A stretch of 64,000 nucleotides of DNA from an uncultured Elusimicrobia bacterium. GTDB lineage: Bacteria; Elusimicrobiota; Elusimicrobia; 2-01-FULL-59-12. The notes under the pieces were generated by a model. The model did no database searches, was not told the DNA's origin, and worked only from the letters and a program-made list of their open reading frames with translations. The stretch spans positions 1,454,315-1,518,314 of the forward strand of contig OY969767.1 in the NCBI GenBank assembly GCA_963702895.1, read 5' to 3'. Of this stretch, positions 22,583-32,661 are shown piece after piece (position 1 is the stretch's first letter; each line of letters starts with the position of its first letter). The position numbers and the translations under genes are program-made.

Positions 22583-23837
22583 GGCTGAGGTCCTTGAGAA
22601 GGGCGAGGGTCTTCCGGGTCGCGCCTTGACGACTCATCACAGCCAGCCGGGCCTGCTGCCCCATCTTCTGGCGCTTGGCCGCATTCTCAAGAAGATCCGC
22701 GAGGCACCGCTCGAGTTCGGTGAGCGTCACCTGTGCGCCTCCCCCCTGCTGGACGAGGACTTCCGCGATGCCATGGAAATTTTCCATCGAGGGGCCAAAC
22801 ACAACGGGGACCCCGAGCGCGGCTGGCTCAATGGGATTCTGTCCACCCTTGGGAACGAAACTGCCGCCAATCACCGCGATATCGGCCATCCGGTAAGCGT
22901 CCAGCAGCTCTCCCATGGTGTCCCAAAGGACACAGGGACCTGAAACACCCTGCTGCGTTTTCCTGATGGGATGAAGGCCCTGCGCGATGAACAGGTTCTC
23001 AATTTCCTGGATACGCTCAAGATGACGCGGCGCCCAAATGATCTGAAGGTTCGAAAAACGTGCCCCAAGACTGGTCATGACAGGCAAGAGCTCGCGTTCT
23101 TCGCCATGCCGCGAGCTGCCAATCACAAGGACCGGTCCCTTCAGGGATGCCGCTGACGATGCTGGGAGAGGCACCGGGAGAGGCAAGTCATATTTCAAGT
23201 TGCCGGTGACGTGAATCTTTCGTTGAGGGATCCCTAAATCAGCAAAGCGTGAGGCGTCTTCGTGCTGACGTACGGCCACCAGGTCAAAGTTCTCCCAGAG
23301 CGCTGGGAGCCAGGACCGAAAGCGCAGGTAGGATCGATAGGAATGCGCCGAAATGCGCCCATTGATCAAGGCGACACGGGCTCCTGAGCGACGCGCCTCA
23401 CGCAGCAGGTTGGGCCAGAACTCCGACTCCACCGAGATCAAGAGCTTCGGTTGGACGACGCGAAAGACCCGACGCACGACCCAAGGCAGGTCCACAGGGG
23501 CCGCCGTGACCATCGCCGCAATGTTCCGCTCCGTTGCCCAGGCCAGCGCTTCAGGGGTCACCAGCGTAAGAAAAATCTTCACACCCGCCTTCGTAGGGGC
23601 TTCCCGCAGAAACACTTCGATCGCTTTCACTTCACCCAGGGAGACCGCATGCACCCACCACCAGGGACCGCTGGACAGTCGTGCGGACTGCTCGAGTGTC
23701 AGACGCCCCCACCGTTCTGGCCAGCGCTCGACACCCCGGGCAAAGCGCTTGCGCCAGCGGAGCATCACACCCAGGACGATAAAGGGGAGGCTGACCAGGA
23801 CAAGCCCGTTATAGAGCTTATACACCCAGCGCCGCAT
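22575..23837 (-). CDS. waaA: KDO transferase
   Basis: WVHAVSLGE, ESEFWPN, NGRIS, GNLKYD, APRH, GGQNPIEPA. Confidence 0.95.
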   Translation of the reverse strand: MRRWVYKLYNGLVLVSLPFIVLGVMLRWRKRFARGVERWPERWGRLTLEQSARLSSGPWWWVHAVSLGEVKAIEVFLREAPTKAGVKIFLTLVTPEALAWATERNIAAMVTAAPVDLPWVVRRVFRVVQPKLLISVESEFWPNLLREARRSGARVALINGRISAHSYRSYLRFRSWLPALWENFDLVAVRQHEDASRFADLGIPQRKIHVTGNLKYDLPLPVPLPASSAASLKGPVLVIGSSRHGEERELLPVMTSLGARFSNLQIIWAPRHLERIQEIENLFIAQGLHPIRKTQQGVSGPCVLWDTMGELLDAYRMADIAVIGGSFVPKGGQNPIEPAALGVPVVFGPSMENFHGIAEVLVQQGGGAQVTLTELERCLADLLENAAKRQKMGQQARLAVMSRQGATRKTLALLKDLSHA

Positions 23838-24484
23838 CAGCAGCTCTCCGCTCCCACGAACCGGTCAGCTTCGCGGGTGACATCATCAAGTGCCGCTTTT
23901 AACACTCGGGCTTTGTCCGATAGATTATCCGCTGGCAGAACGTTCAAAGGGTCTCCATAGACCATCGCAATGTGGTTGAACGGTTGGGGCACGACAAACT
24001 CATCCCAGCTTTTCTTAAAGATCCAGCGTCGTTTGGCCCCATAAGCGACGGGCACGATCGGGGCGCCTGTTTTTTGTGCCAGATAAAGCACCCCCGGCTG
24101 AACGGACCGGAGGGGTCCCCGTGGTCCATCGGGTGTAAATCCGATGCGCTCACCCTTTTCGACAAGAGATTTTAATTCCAACACCGCCTCGGCACCGCCT
24201 TGGGAGCTCGAGCCTCGGACCGTCTCAAGGCCGAAGGCCTTGCAGACGCCCGCGATGAGCTCGCCGTCTTTGCTGTGGGACACCAGCGGTCGGATCCGGT
24301 CGTGGGCATGCAGATAAGCCAGAAAAACCTGGCGCCCGTGCCAAAACGCATAGATGAAACCTCGTCTTTGCCTTTCGAGGTCTTCCCGAACAGAACGATG
24401 GATGAAGGTAATGCGCGACGTGAGTCCTACAAAGCGTAAATAGGAACTCGCTAAAGAAGCTAACAGAGAGGTCTTAAACCGCAA
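23837..24484 (-). CDS. DUF374 lysophospholipid acyltransferase-family protein
   Basis: FWHG, S.SKDGE, VRGSS, TPDGPRGP; TTG start inferred. Confidence 0.88.
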   Translation of the reverse strand: MRFKTSLLASLASSYLRFVGLTSRITFIHRSVREDLERQRRGFIYAFWHGRQVFLAYLHAHDRIRPLVSHSKDGELIAGVCKAFGLETVRGSSSQGGAEAVLELKSLVEKGERIGFTPDGPRGPLRSVQPGVLYLAQKTGAPIVPVAYGAKRRWIFKKSWDEFVVPQPFNHIAMVYGDPLNVLPADNLSDKARVLKAALDDVTREADRFVGAESC

Positions 24485-25082
24485 CTTTTTCCACGCGTCC
24501 TGGATTTTCGGCGCGCCGCGAAGAACCCTTGCCCACGGGCGTCCAAAAACTGAAGCAGACACGGGAATGAGGCGGAAGAACGGGCGGGGTCGCCCCCAGG
24601 TCAATGCCGATGCGCGAAAGGCCCAGGAGAGAGGCCAGCGAAGAGACAAGGGCCTCGTCCGTCACGAGCTCGGGCGGTGACATCTCGCAATCTTCCTCCT
24701 TCGCCTGTTCCGCGATGAGACGCATCGCAAATTGCTGAGCCTGAGCGAGTGCCTCGTGAAGAAGCGCGGACAGGAGTGCCTCGCGCTGGGTGTCCAGCGA
24801 AGAGGCCTGACGTTCCACTTCCAGTGCGGGCCCGATGGAAACGGCCGCCAGCGACATGGCCACCGCTTCCTTGGGAAGGCTTATGGACGTGGTCTTCTCA
24901 GCGATCCGGCGAGTGAGCGTGGTATAGACAGCGGCCGGTCGCACCCATTGGACCGATGTCTTGATGAGGCCCTCGATGGCGAGCTCAAGATCAGGAGACC
25001 CCTCCATGCCCTTTTCTTTCTTGAGCCAACGGGCCATCTCACGGGCGCGCAGAGAAACACGGAAGTTCTTAATCTTGGTCAT
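24474..25082 (-). CDS. Hypothetical protein, distant methionine-synthase activation-domain-like
   Basis: P.AVY and AVSIGPALE patterns; ATGA-coupled to secF. Confidence 0.55.
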   Translation of the reverse strand: MTKIKNFRVSLRAREMARWLKKEKGMEGSPDLELAIEGLIKTSVQWVRPAAVYTTLTRRIAEKTTSISLPKEAVAMSLAAVSIGPALEVERQASSLDTQREALLSALLHEALAQAQQFAMRLIAEQAKEEDCEMSPPELVTDEALVSSLASLLGLSRIGIDLGATPPVLPPHSRVCFSFWTPVGKGSSRRAENPGRVEKVAV

Positions 25083-26017
25083 CGCGTCACAGGGGTTTTC
25101 GCCTGCCCCGGCATGACCGAGGACCGGGAGCGGCGCGCGTGCCATTCGTAAATGATCGGCGCTGCGACAAAGATCGTGGAGTAGGACCCCACGAAGACGC
25201 CGTAGAGCATCGCGAAGGAGAAATCGTGGATGACATCGCCGCCAAAGAAGAAGAGCACCACGAGCGTCAGCGCAACGGTCATGGAGGTCATGATCGTTCG
25301 GGAAAGCGTTTCATTGATGCTCCGGTTGATCAAGTCGCCGAGAGATTCTTTCTTCGAAAGTCGGAGGTTTTCCCGCATGCGGTCATAAATGACGATCGTA
25401 TCGTTCATGGAATAGCCGGCCAGCGTCAAGATGCCAGCGACCACCGTGACCGTGATTTCCTTATTGAGGATGGAGAAGATGCCCACCACGGAAAGAACGT
25501 CATGGACCACCGCGATGATGCTGCAGACGCCCCATAAAGTCGATCGAAAACGAAACCCTACATAGATAATGATCAGGACCGCCGCCCAAAGGATCGCGGA
25601 AAGCGCCTGGTCGCCAAGCGCACGCCCGACCGCTGGGCCCACAAAATCCTGGCGCTCGATAATGGGGTCAGAACCGGGCAGCTTCTCGAGGATCGTGCTT
25701 TTAAATTCCGCCGCAAGTTCGTCGAGAGACAAAGACCCTTGGGGGACACGCAGAATAAACGCTGGACGTCCTGTAATGGCCTGGATCTCGACATCCGAAC
25801 GTCCTTGGCTGGCAAGGGCCTCGCGCAAATCCTTCATCGGGACCTCTTGCTTAAGAGCGACCTGCACCAGTTGACCGCCCGTAAAATCGATGCCCAATTT
25901 TGGCCCGCCTTTCATCGTGAGCGAAACAAGCCCTGCCCCGACCAGCACGGTCGAGAAGGCGTAGGCCCAGTAGCGGTATCCGATAAAGTCAAAGTGCGTC
26001 TTTTTAAAAAGCTGCAT
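25079..26017 (-). CDS. secF: Protein translocase subunit SecF
   Basis: GIDFTGG, VGP.VG, HDV, GYSMNDTIVIYDRMRE. Confidence 0.96.
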   Translation of the reverse strand: MQLFKKTHFDFIGYRYWAYAFSTVLVGAGLVSLTMKGGPKLGIDFTGGQLVQVALKQEVPMKDLREALASQGRSDVEIQAITGRPAFILRVPQGSLSLDELAAEFKSTILEKLPGSDPIIERQDFVGPAVGRALGDQALSAILWAAVLIIIYVGFRFRSTLWGVCSIIAVVHDVLSVVGIFSILNKEITVTVVAGILTLAGYSMNDTIVIYDRMRENLRLSKKESLGDLINRSINETLSRTIMTSMTVALTLVVLFFFGGDVIHDFSFAMLYGVFVGSYSTIFVAAPIIYEWHARRSRSSVMPGQAKTPVTR

Positions 26018-26028
26018 GGTGGTCCCCT

Positions 26029-27498
26029 TTAAAAGTTAAGCGTCGTGACTTCCCGGTCTTCCATCCAGAAGTCATAGATCATGTGCGTCACAAAGACAGC
26101 CGTGAAGAGGGAGATCATGACGCCCCAAAAGAGCGTCACAGCAAAGCCTTTCACAGGGCCGGTACCGAACTGGAAAAGAAGCCCGGAAGTGATCAGCGTC
26201 GTCACGTGGCCATCGAAAATCGCGGCCCAGGCGTGTTTATAGCCCAAGTCAATGGCCAGACGGACGGATTTGCCTAACTGAAGCTCCTCACGAACGCGCT
26301 CAAGGATGAGGACGTTGGCGTCCACCGCCATCGCGAGCGACAGGATGGTCCCGGCCACACCCGGCAGCGTCAAAGTCGCATGCAGAGAAGCCAGGACACC
26401 GAAAATAAAGAGCATGTTGATGATCATGGCGAGGTTCGCGATCAGCCCTGATACGTTGTAATAGACCGCCATTAAGAGCATGACGAGAAAGATGCCGATC
26501 AAGGAGGACCTGACGCCTGCCTTAATGGAGTCTTCTCCCAGCGTTGGACCCACCGTGCGTTCTTCGATCACCTTCACAGGAGCAGGAAGCGCGCCCGCTT
26601 TAAGGACCGTGGCCAGAAGCTTCGCGTCTTCCGCGGTGAAGTTCCCCTCTATCACAGCATGTCCATCCGGAATCGCCGAGCGAATCACCGGCGCGGATTG
26701 GATCTGGTTGTCAAGGACGATCGCCAGCTGCTTGTTCACGTTGGCTTCTGTGACAAGGCCAAAGAGCTTGGCGCCTTCCGTATTGAATTCAATCGAAACG
26801 CTGGGATAACCGGTGACGAGCTGATCGGATCCGCCGCCAAAGGTGATCTTGGCGTCCACGAGCATCGCTCCTGTGAGCTCCGCGGAGGACTTGACGACGA
26901 GATAGCTTCCCGCCAGGCGTTCCGTGTCCTTTCGCTGCGGCAGAATCTGCCATCCGGCAGGCATCGTTTTGGCGAGGTCGGCGGGAATTTTCCCAGACTG
27001 CTGAAGCTCGAAATACTGATCCAGACTCATCTTCTTGTCGAGCAGGGCCTTGCTGAGCGTGGCCATGAGACCGGCGTCATCCACCAGACGAAACTCAAGC
27101 AAAGCGGTCTTGCCAATCAGTTCCTTCGCCCGCCCGGAATCCTTGATGCCTGGAAGCTGTACGACGATCCAGCGGTCACCCTGGCGCGCGATCAGGGGCT
27201 CGGCAACACCAAATTGGTCAACGCGGTTCCGGATGATCTCAATCGCCCGCTCAAGCGCATCGGCGATTTTGGCTTCCGGCGGGAGCTTCGACCGATCCAG
27301 CTCCAACACCAGGTGCGTACCACCCTTCAGATCAAGACCGAGATTGAGAATCTTTTTCAGGATGGGATCACGCTCTTTCTCGCGTTCAGAACGTTCCTCC
27401 GCAGACATGCGGTACCACTTGACCGTGGGCAAGAGGAAATAGCCTGTCAGGCCGACCAGGGCTAACGTCAAATAAAGAACGACGCGAGACCTGCTCAT
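26029..27498 (-). CDS. secD: Protein translocase subunit SecD
   Basis: LGLDLKGG, RNRVDQFGVAEP, GPTLG, AVDANVLILER. Confidence 0.97.
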   Translation of the reverse strand: MSRSRVVLYLTLALVGLTGYFLLPTVKWYRMSAEERSEREKERDPILKKILNLGLDLKGGTHLVLELDRSKLPPEAKIADALERAIEIIRNRVDQFGVAEPLIARQGDRWIVVQLPGIKDSGRAKELIGKTALLEFRLVDDAGLMATLSKALLDKKMSLDQYFELQQSGKIPADLAKTMPAGWQILPQRKDTERLAGSYLVVKSSAELTGAMLVDAKITFGGGSDQLVTGYPSVSIEFNTEGAKLFGLVTEANVNKQLAIVLDNQIQSAPVIRSAIPDGHAVIEGNFTAEDAKLLATVLKAGALPAPVKVIEERTVGPTLGEDSIKAGVRSSLIGIFLVMLLMAVYYNVSGLIANLAMIINMLFIFGVLASLHATLTLPGVAGTILSLAMAVDANVLILERVREELQLGKSVRLAIDLGYKHAWAAIFDGHVTTLITSGLLFQFGTGPVKGFAVTLFWGVMISLFTAVFVTHMIYDFWMEDREVTTLNF

Positions 27499-27836
27499 AC
27501 GTGGGTTGTGCTCGTTGGGCTGGAAGGCTCGTGCAAGACCTTGCTGATCGCAGACTGGGTGACATCCACACGCACGTTATCAGCGATTTTGATCTGGACA
27601 ATTCCGCTCCGCACGGAGGTCACCGTTCCCAGAATCCCACCTTGGGTCAGGACCTTATCGCCCGCTTTAAGGTTCTCCATCATGCGACGGTGCTCTTTGG
27701 CCTGTTTTTGCTGCGGGCGAATAATGAGAAAGTAGAGGATGCCGATCACGACCAGCATCGGGACAAAGCTAATGACAGAATTTCCTGCTGGGGCCGCTTG
27801 GCTCCCTTTGGGTGGGACGCTGACTTGAGAACCCAT
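27495..27836 (-). CDS. yajC: Preprotein translocase subunit YajC
   Basis: YFLIIRPQQK, L.AGDKV.T.GGI.G. Confidence 0.95.
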   Translation of the reverse strand: MGSQVSVPPKGSQAAPAGNSVISFVPMLVVIGILYFLIIRPQQKQAKEHRRMMENLKAGDKVLTQGGILGTVTSVRSGIVQIKIADNVRVDVTQSAISKVLHEPSSPTSTTHV

Positions 27837-27840
27837 ATGT

Positions 27841-29124
27841 TTACTCTCCTTGGCTTCCGTAGACTTCGAGAAACTTTCTCTTTTCTTCCTTGAAGTTACC
27901 GTCGATAAGAGATTGGCGAATTTTTCGCATCAATTTTAATAGAAAGGCCACGTTATGTAAAGACGCAAGGCGAAGGGCCGAGAGCTCTCCAGACCGGAAC
28001 AAATGATGCAGGTAAGCGCGCGTGTAGCGACTGCAAAGATCGCAGTCGCACGCAGGATCAACAGGTCGGAAATCCTCACGGTAGGGCGCGTTTTTGAGGT
28101 TCAGTTTTCCCTGGGAAGTGAATAGCTGCCCGTTACGACCGTTCCTGGTCGGTAACACGCAATCAAATTGGTCGATCCCCAGGTCGACCGCTTCCCATAA
28201 ATCTTCCGGGGTCCCCACCCCCATCAGGTAGCGGGGCTTGTCCTGAGGCAAGAGATCCGTGGAGAGCGCGATCATCTCATGCATCGCGGCCTGGGGCTCG
28301 CCGACCGAAAGGCCTCCGATCGCGTAACCCGGGAAATCGAGGTCCACCAGTTCCCGGGCGCTCTGCCTGCGGAGTTCGGGATAGATGGAACCCTGGGTGA
28401 TGGCCCACAATTGGGGTGGTGTTACTCCTTCCCCCCTTGTGGGGGAAGGCAAGGGATGGGGGGATCGTCCACCCCCACCCTCACCCTCCCCCATCCAGGG
28501 GGAGGGGCACTTTTTCATAGCGTCCTGGCAGCGCTTCGCCCAGCGCGTCGTGATCTCCAGAGCCCGGCGCGCGTGATCTTCCGCGCAAGGGTAAGGCGGA
28601 CATTCATCGAAACACATGAGGATATCGGAACCGATCGCCAGTTGGATCTCCACGGCTTTCTCCGGGCTTAAAAAATGGAGCGACCCGTCCAGATGAGACC
28701 GGAACTCGACGCCTTCTTCCGAAATGCGCCTGAGCTGTTCCATGCTAAAAACTTGATAGCCCCCCGAATCCGTCAGAATCGCGCGGTCCCAACTCATAAA
28801 TTTATGGAGTCCACCCGCTTTGGCGATCACCTCCACGCCGGGGCGCAGATACAGATGGTAGGTATTGGCGAGGATCAACTGGGATTGAAGTCTTTCAAGG
28901 TCCTGGGATAGGAGCGTTTTGACGGACCCCTGTGTGCCGACGGGGGCGAAGACCGGCGTATCGACCACGCCATGCCGGGTCATCAATCGGCCAACCCGCG
29001 CCTTGGAACCCGCGCACCGTGCCACGACCTCAAAACACCTGTCACCCCGGCGGAAGCCGGGGTCTATCATGATGGATCCCCCGCTTAAGACCGCGGGGGA
29101 TGACGATTTTTGCGTTTCTGTCAT
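27841..29124 (-). CDS. tgt: tRNA-guanine transglycosylase carrying two in-frame palindromic inserts
   Basis: PVGT, LANTYHL, TDSGG, QG, GGLSVGE, FDCVLPTR, CDCDLC, HN. Confidence 0.97.
   Translation of the reverse strand: MTETQKSSSPAVLSGGSIMIDPGFRRGDRCFEVVARCAGSKARVGRLMTRHGVVDTPVFAPVGTQGSVKTLLSQDLERLQSQLILANTYHLYLRPGVEVIAKAGGLHKFMSWDRAILTDSGGYQVFSMEQLRRISEEGVEFRSHLDGSLHFLSPEKAVEIQLAIGSDILMCFDECPPYPCAEDHARRALEITTRWAKRCQDAMKKCPSPWMGEGEGGGGRSPHPLPSPTRGEGVTPPQLWAITQGSIYPELRRQSARELVDLDFPGYAIGGLSVGEPQAAMHEMIALSTDLLPQDKPRYLMGVGTPEDLWEAVDLGIDQFDCVLPTRNGRNGQLFTSQGKLNLKNAPYREDFRPVDPACDCDLCSRYTRAYLHHLFRSGELSALRLASLHNVAFLLKLMRKIRQSLIDGNFKEEKRKFLEVYGSQGE
28425..28507. repeat. C/G-rich double-hairpin palindrome in-frame inside tgt
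   Basis: ccttcccccc-ttgt-gggggaagg ... ccctccccc-atcca-gggggaggg; encodes PSPWMGEGEGGGGRSPHPLPSPTRGEG. Confidence 0.85.
29041..29104. repeat. REP-like doublet (GTCAC/GTCAT ends) in the tgt N-terminus; empty form
   Basis: gtcaccccggc-ggaa-gccggggtctatcatgatggatcccccgc...gcgggggatgac; homologous to copies at 33284, 40574, 51657, 55886. Confidence 0.9.
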
Positions 29125-30221
29125 AGAATCAGCATCGCGTCACCATAAGAGTAAAAGCGATAGCCCCGTTGGATGGCGACTTCGTAAGCGGGGCGCAGCG
29201 AGAATGGCGGTATCGGAGTATCGGAGTTTCGGGGTATCGGTGTTACATCAGCTCTAACCCCGATACTCCGGTACCCCGTTACTCCGGTACGGTCACTGTA
29301 GAAGGCGCACGCCAAGAGCAGGGGCGTCGAACCGGGGAGGTGAAAGTTCGTGATCAGGGCATCGACGGCCTTAAAGCGGTAGCCGGGATAGATATAAAGC
29401 TTGGCCTCGCCCCGGCCGGAAGAAAAGGTCCCCGACGCGTCGCAGATCGTTTCCAACGTCCGCGTCACGGTTGTGCCAACCGCGATCAGGCGTCGGCCTT
29501 CCTGCTTCGCCCGATTCAAGGCCTTTGCCGTGTCGGCGCTCACTTCATACATTTCGGAAAGCATCGGGTGTTCTTCGATGGTTTTCGTTCGAACAGGACG
29601 AAACGTCCCCCAACCCACATGTAAAACCAGCGAGGTCGTCTCGATCCCTCTGGACGTGAGACGCCTTAAAAGATCCTCCGTGAAGTGGAAACCCGCTGTT
29701 GGGGCCGCGACAGCCCCCTCCGTCCTGGCATAGACCGTTTGATAGCGCTCGACATCCGCAAGATTGACAGAGTTGCGCTTGATATAAGGAGGCAGCGGCA
29801 TTTCCCCATGGCGATCCAGATAGCTCCGGATATGATTGCTTGAAAACATCAGCCGCCATTCCCCTTCCGCCAAACGCTCAGACATCTCGGCACGCAGGCC
29901 CTCCGGAAACTGGAGGGTCGTCTTTTGTGTCGCGCCTCGCACAAGCGCCTTCCAGGAGGCATCCTCTTGGGCCAACAGCAGGACCTCCACTTTGCCGCCG
30001 GAAACCTTCGTTCCTCTTAATCGGGCTGGGAAGACTTTCGTGGCGTTGGTCACGAGCAGGTCGCCTGGCCGAAGATGTTCGTCCAGTCCAAAAAAATAGT
30101 CGTGGTTGAGGGTTCCCTGGTTCCGGTCCAGGACCATGAGGCGTGAATGATCGCGCGGCGAAACAGGAGCTTGCGCGATTGTGCCTGCCGGTACATCGTA
30201 ATGAAAGTCCTGTAATTTCAC
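29121..30221 (-). CDS. queA: S-adenosylmethionine:tRNA ribosyltransferase-isomerase with in-frame repeat insert
   Basis: IAQ.P...RD.SRL, PLPPYI, YQTVYA, AAPTAG, HVG.GTF, TNFHLP, YSYGDAM. Confidence 0.97.
   Translation of the reverse strand: MKLQDFHYDVPAGTIAQAPVSPRDHSRLMVLDRNQGTLNHDYFFGLDEHLRPGDLLVTNATKVFPARLRGTKVSGGKVEVLLLAQEDASWKALVRGATQKTTLQFPEGLRAEMSERLAEGEWRLMFSSNHIRSYLDRHGEMPLPPYIKRNSVNLADVERYQTVYARTEGAVAAPTAGFHFTEDLLRRLTSRGIETTSLVLHVGWGTFRPVRTKTIEEHPMLSEMYEVSADTAKALNRAKQEGRRLIAVGTTVTRTLETICDASGTFSSGRGEAKLYIYPGYRFKAVDALITNFHLPGSTPLLLACAFYSDRTGVTGYRSIGVRADVTPIPRNSDTPIPPFSLRPAYEVAIQRGYRFYSYGDAMLIL
29210..29290. repeat. Inverted arrays of 8-bp tandem repeats in-frame inside queA
   Basis: gtatcgga gtatcgga gtttcggg gtatcggt ... 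accccgat actccggt accccgtt actccggt. Confidence 0.88.
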
Positions 30222-31402
30222 AGGGCGACCACTTTCGCTTGAGGATAATAAACCTTAAGAATTTCTTTATATTTATGTCCCTCCAGGGCACGGCCCCTGG
30301 CGCCCCACTGACACAGACCGACACCATGGCCCCATCCGAGCCCTTCGAAGGTCACGGATTTCTTATCTGCTTTGAGCTCCGTGATGAGGGTGCTTCGCAG
30401 GGCCTCAGGCCCCACCGCCAGGCGGAAACGGTTTCCAGCCAGATGGATTTCTCCCTTCGAGGTCTTCAACAGCACGGTCTGCGCCCTGCCAGAAGGGGAC
30501 TGTTGGAGGATATCGACAGACCTGATGGATTGAACTCGTACGCCGGCCCGCCGCAATCGTTCACGCAGGGCAGAATAGCTGAGGGTCAAGTCCCATTGAT
30601 GCCTGGGGTAAGCTGCGCAGTAGGTGTGATCGAGCGTGACGTCATAGATGGCCTCTTGGGAATCGATGTTCCAGACATTCTCAGGTCGCTCGGTACGGCC
30701 GCCACAAGCCGCATGAAAAAACGCACGGACGGGCCTGCCTGTGGGATCGACCAAAATGCGGCCCTCGGTCTCCAGTACCGCGCGGTTGGTTTCTGATGAT
30801 TCGACATCCTGACCGCCATAGACCTGGTCCATGACGGTCGAAGACACATCAAAGCGTTCGCGCATGCGAACCCTTTTGTTGGCCATGGCATAAGAGCGGG
30901 AGACGACCGCCTGCGCTTTAAGAGCTTCGATGGGCCAGCTCGGATGGACCTCCTTGGGCAGAACACCAAACAAGTATTCCGCGATCTGCAGATATTCCAC
31001 GACGTCATAGCGGCCACGGCCCAAAGGATGAAACAGAAGCACCCCTCGGTATCGTTGGCCGTTCACGGTGAGACTATCCTTGGGCCTGTCGGGCATCACG
31101 AGCACATCTCCTTTGAAACGGTGCGTCCCGATCATCAGCGTCGAACCCGAAGCCCTGACTTTGAGCGAGCTACGACTTGTGCGGATGCGATCGTTCTTGA
31201 GAAGACCGTAATGAAACGTTCCTGGGCAGGAAAGCCGGCTGGGATGTTGGGTGGATAAGATTCTGACTCGAATATGGTCCGAAGACGCTGGAAGTCGTAG
31301 TATCGCCGTTGCCGTTTCTGCCGTAAAACCGGTGGCACCCCCTGACAAAAGGAGAAAGGATAGACAAGACGTCAGGAAAACCCTGAAAACCCTGAAAACC
31401 AT
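30218..31402 (-). CDS. SpoIID/LytB domain lytic transglycosylase
   Basis: YRG.L, YL.GV.PKE, EALKAQAV.SRSYA, DQVYGG, G.GWGHGVGLCQWGA; TAATG coupling to upstream gene. Confidence 0.93.
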   Translation of the reverse strand: MVFRVFRVFLTSCLSFLLLSGGATGFTAETATAILRLPASSDHIRVRILSTQHPSRLSCPGTFHYGLLKNDRIRTSRSSLKVRASGSTLMIGTHRFKGDVLVMPDRPKDSLTVNGQRYRGVLLFHPLGRGRYDVVEYLQIAEYLFGVLPKEVHPSWPIEALKAQAVVSRSYAMANKRVRMRERFDVSSTVMDQVYGGQDVESSETNRAVLETEGRILVDPTGRPVRAFFHAACGGRTERPENVWNIDSQEAIYDVTLDHTYCAAYPRHQWDLTLSYSALRERLRRAGVRVQSIRSVDILQQSPSGRAQTVLLKTSKGEIHLAGNRFRLAVGPEALRSTLITELKADKKSVTFEGLGWGHGVGLCQWGARGRALEGHKYKEILKVYYPQAKVVAL

Positions 31403-31623
31403 TAGTGTTTCCCCAGAAACCTTGAAAGCAGCGACAGGAGGATGCTGATCACCAAACACGTCGTGACAGGAAAGTAGATTGTGAAATGATCGCGCTTGAT
31501 GGCGATATCGCCTGGCAGCTTCCCGAAAAAGGGGACCTTGCCAGCGACGGAAAGGAAAATCCCCAGAACGACGGTGGCTAAACCGAAATAGATCAGCACT
31601 TTCCCGAGAGCCTGCGGTGTCAT
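31402..31623 (-). CDS. DUF2905 small membrane protein
   Basis: GKLPGDI.IKR..FTIYFP.TTC. Confidence 0.9.
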   Translation of the reverse strand: MTPQALGKVLIYFGLATVVLGIFLSVAGKVPFFGKLPGDIAIKRDHFTIYFPVTTCLVISILLSLLSRFLGKH

Positions 31624-31632
31624 GAGAGGACT

Positions 31633-32661
31633 TTAAAACAGCTGGTCCTGGGTTGTTTTCGGTGCCGGTTTTCCAAGATGCCTGTAAGCATGATCGGTCG
31701 CCAGTCGCCCACGCGGCGTCCGTGACAGAAATCCGCACTGGATCAGGAAGGGCTCATAGACATCGGTGAGCGTATCGACATCTTCGGAGAGGGCGACCGC
31801 GAGCGTCTCGATGCCAACCGGCCCTCCTCCAAATTTTTCAATGAGGGTACTGAGAAGTCGACGGTCCATGGTATCGAGACCGCGATCATCCACATCCAAC
31901 TGCCGGAGGCCGTCCGCCGCCACCGCCAGAGAAAGCGTTCTGCCGGCGGAGGTGTCCGCAAAATCGCGGAGGCGCCTGAGCAAGCGGTTGGCAATGCGTG
32001 GCGTCCCGCGGCTGCGCCGTGCGATCTCCCGGAGACCCCCCTGGTCAGCGCTCACTTTCAAAATGACACTCGACCTTTGAAGAATTTGCAGGAGCTCCTC
32101 CTCCGTATAGAACTCAAGATGGGCCGTGATGCCAAAGCGGTCGCGCAAAGGGCTCGTTAAAAGCCCAGCCCGTGTGGTCGCCCCCACGAGCGTAAAACGC
32201 GGCACGGGGAGATTGATGGTCTTAGCGCTTGGGCCTTCGCCAATAATGACATCCAGCTTAAAATCCTCCATGACGGAGTAGAGTGTTTCCTCCACGACAT
32301 GATTGAGGCGGTGGATTTCATCGATGAAGAAGACATCGCCCTCCTGAAGGCTTGTGAGGATGGCCGCGAGGTCCCCTTTGCGCTCCAGGACGGGCCCGGA
32401 GGTGACGCGCAGCCCACAACGCATCTCATGCGCGATGATCCCGGCCAGCGTCGTCTTGCCGAGACCCGGTGGAGAATAGAAGAGGCAGTGATCGAGAGGC
32501 TCTTTGCGCTGGGAAGCGGCCTCAATAAAGACACGGAGATTTTTCTTCATGCGCTCTTGACCCACAAACTCCGCCAGCGTCTGGGGACGCAGGGACTGCT
32601 CGATCGGCTCTTCTTCGGCGACGGCCTGGGGAGTCAGGGATGGCGTTTGGGTTGTACTCAT
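31633..32661 (-). CDS. ruvB: Holliday junction helicase RuvB
   Basis: [32 protein letters not shown]. Confidence 0.98.
   Translation of the reverse strand: MSTTQTPSLTPQAVAEEEPIEQSLRPQTLAEFVGQERMKKNLRVFIEAASQRKEPLDHCLFYSPPGLGKTTLAGIIAHEMRCGLRVTSGPVLERKGDLAAILTSLQEGDVFFIDEIHRLNHVVEETLYSVMEDFKLDVIIGEGPSAKTINLPVPRFTLVGATTRAGLLTSPLRDRFGITAHLEFYTEEELLQILQRSSVILKVSADQGGLREIARRSRGTPRIANRLLRRLRDFADTSAGRTLSLAVAADGLRQLDVDDRGLDTMDRRLLSTLIEKFGGGPVGIETLAVALSEDVDTLTDVYEPFLIQCGFLSRTPRGRLATDHAYRHLGKPAPKTTQDQLF

Noticed and set aside
31376-31400. 9-bp tandem GAAAACCCT (about 2.8 copies) at the SpoIID start as a phase-variation tract
   Set aside because: The unit is a multiple of three and copy number is low, so it cannot switch frame.
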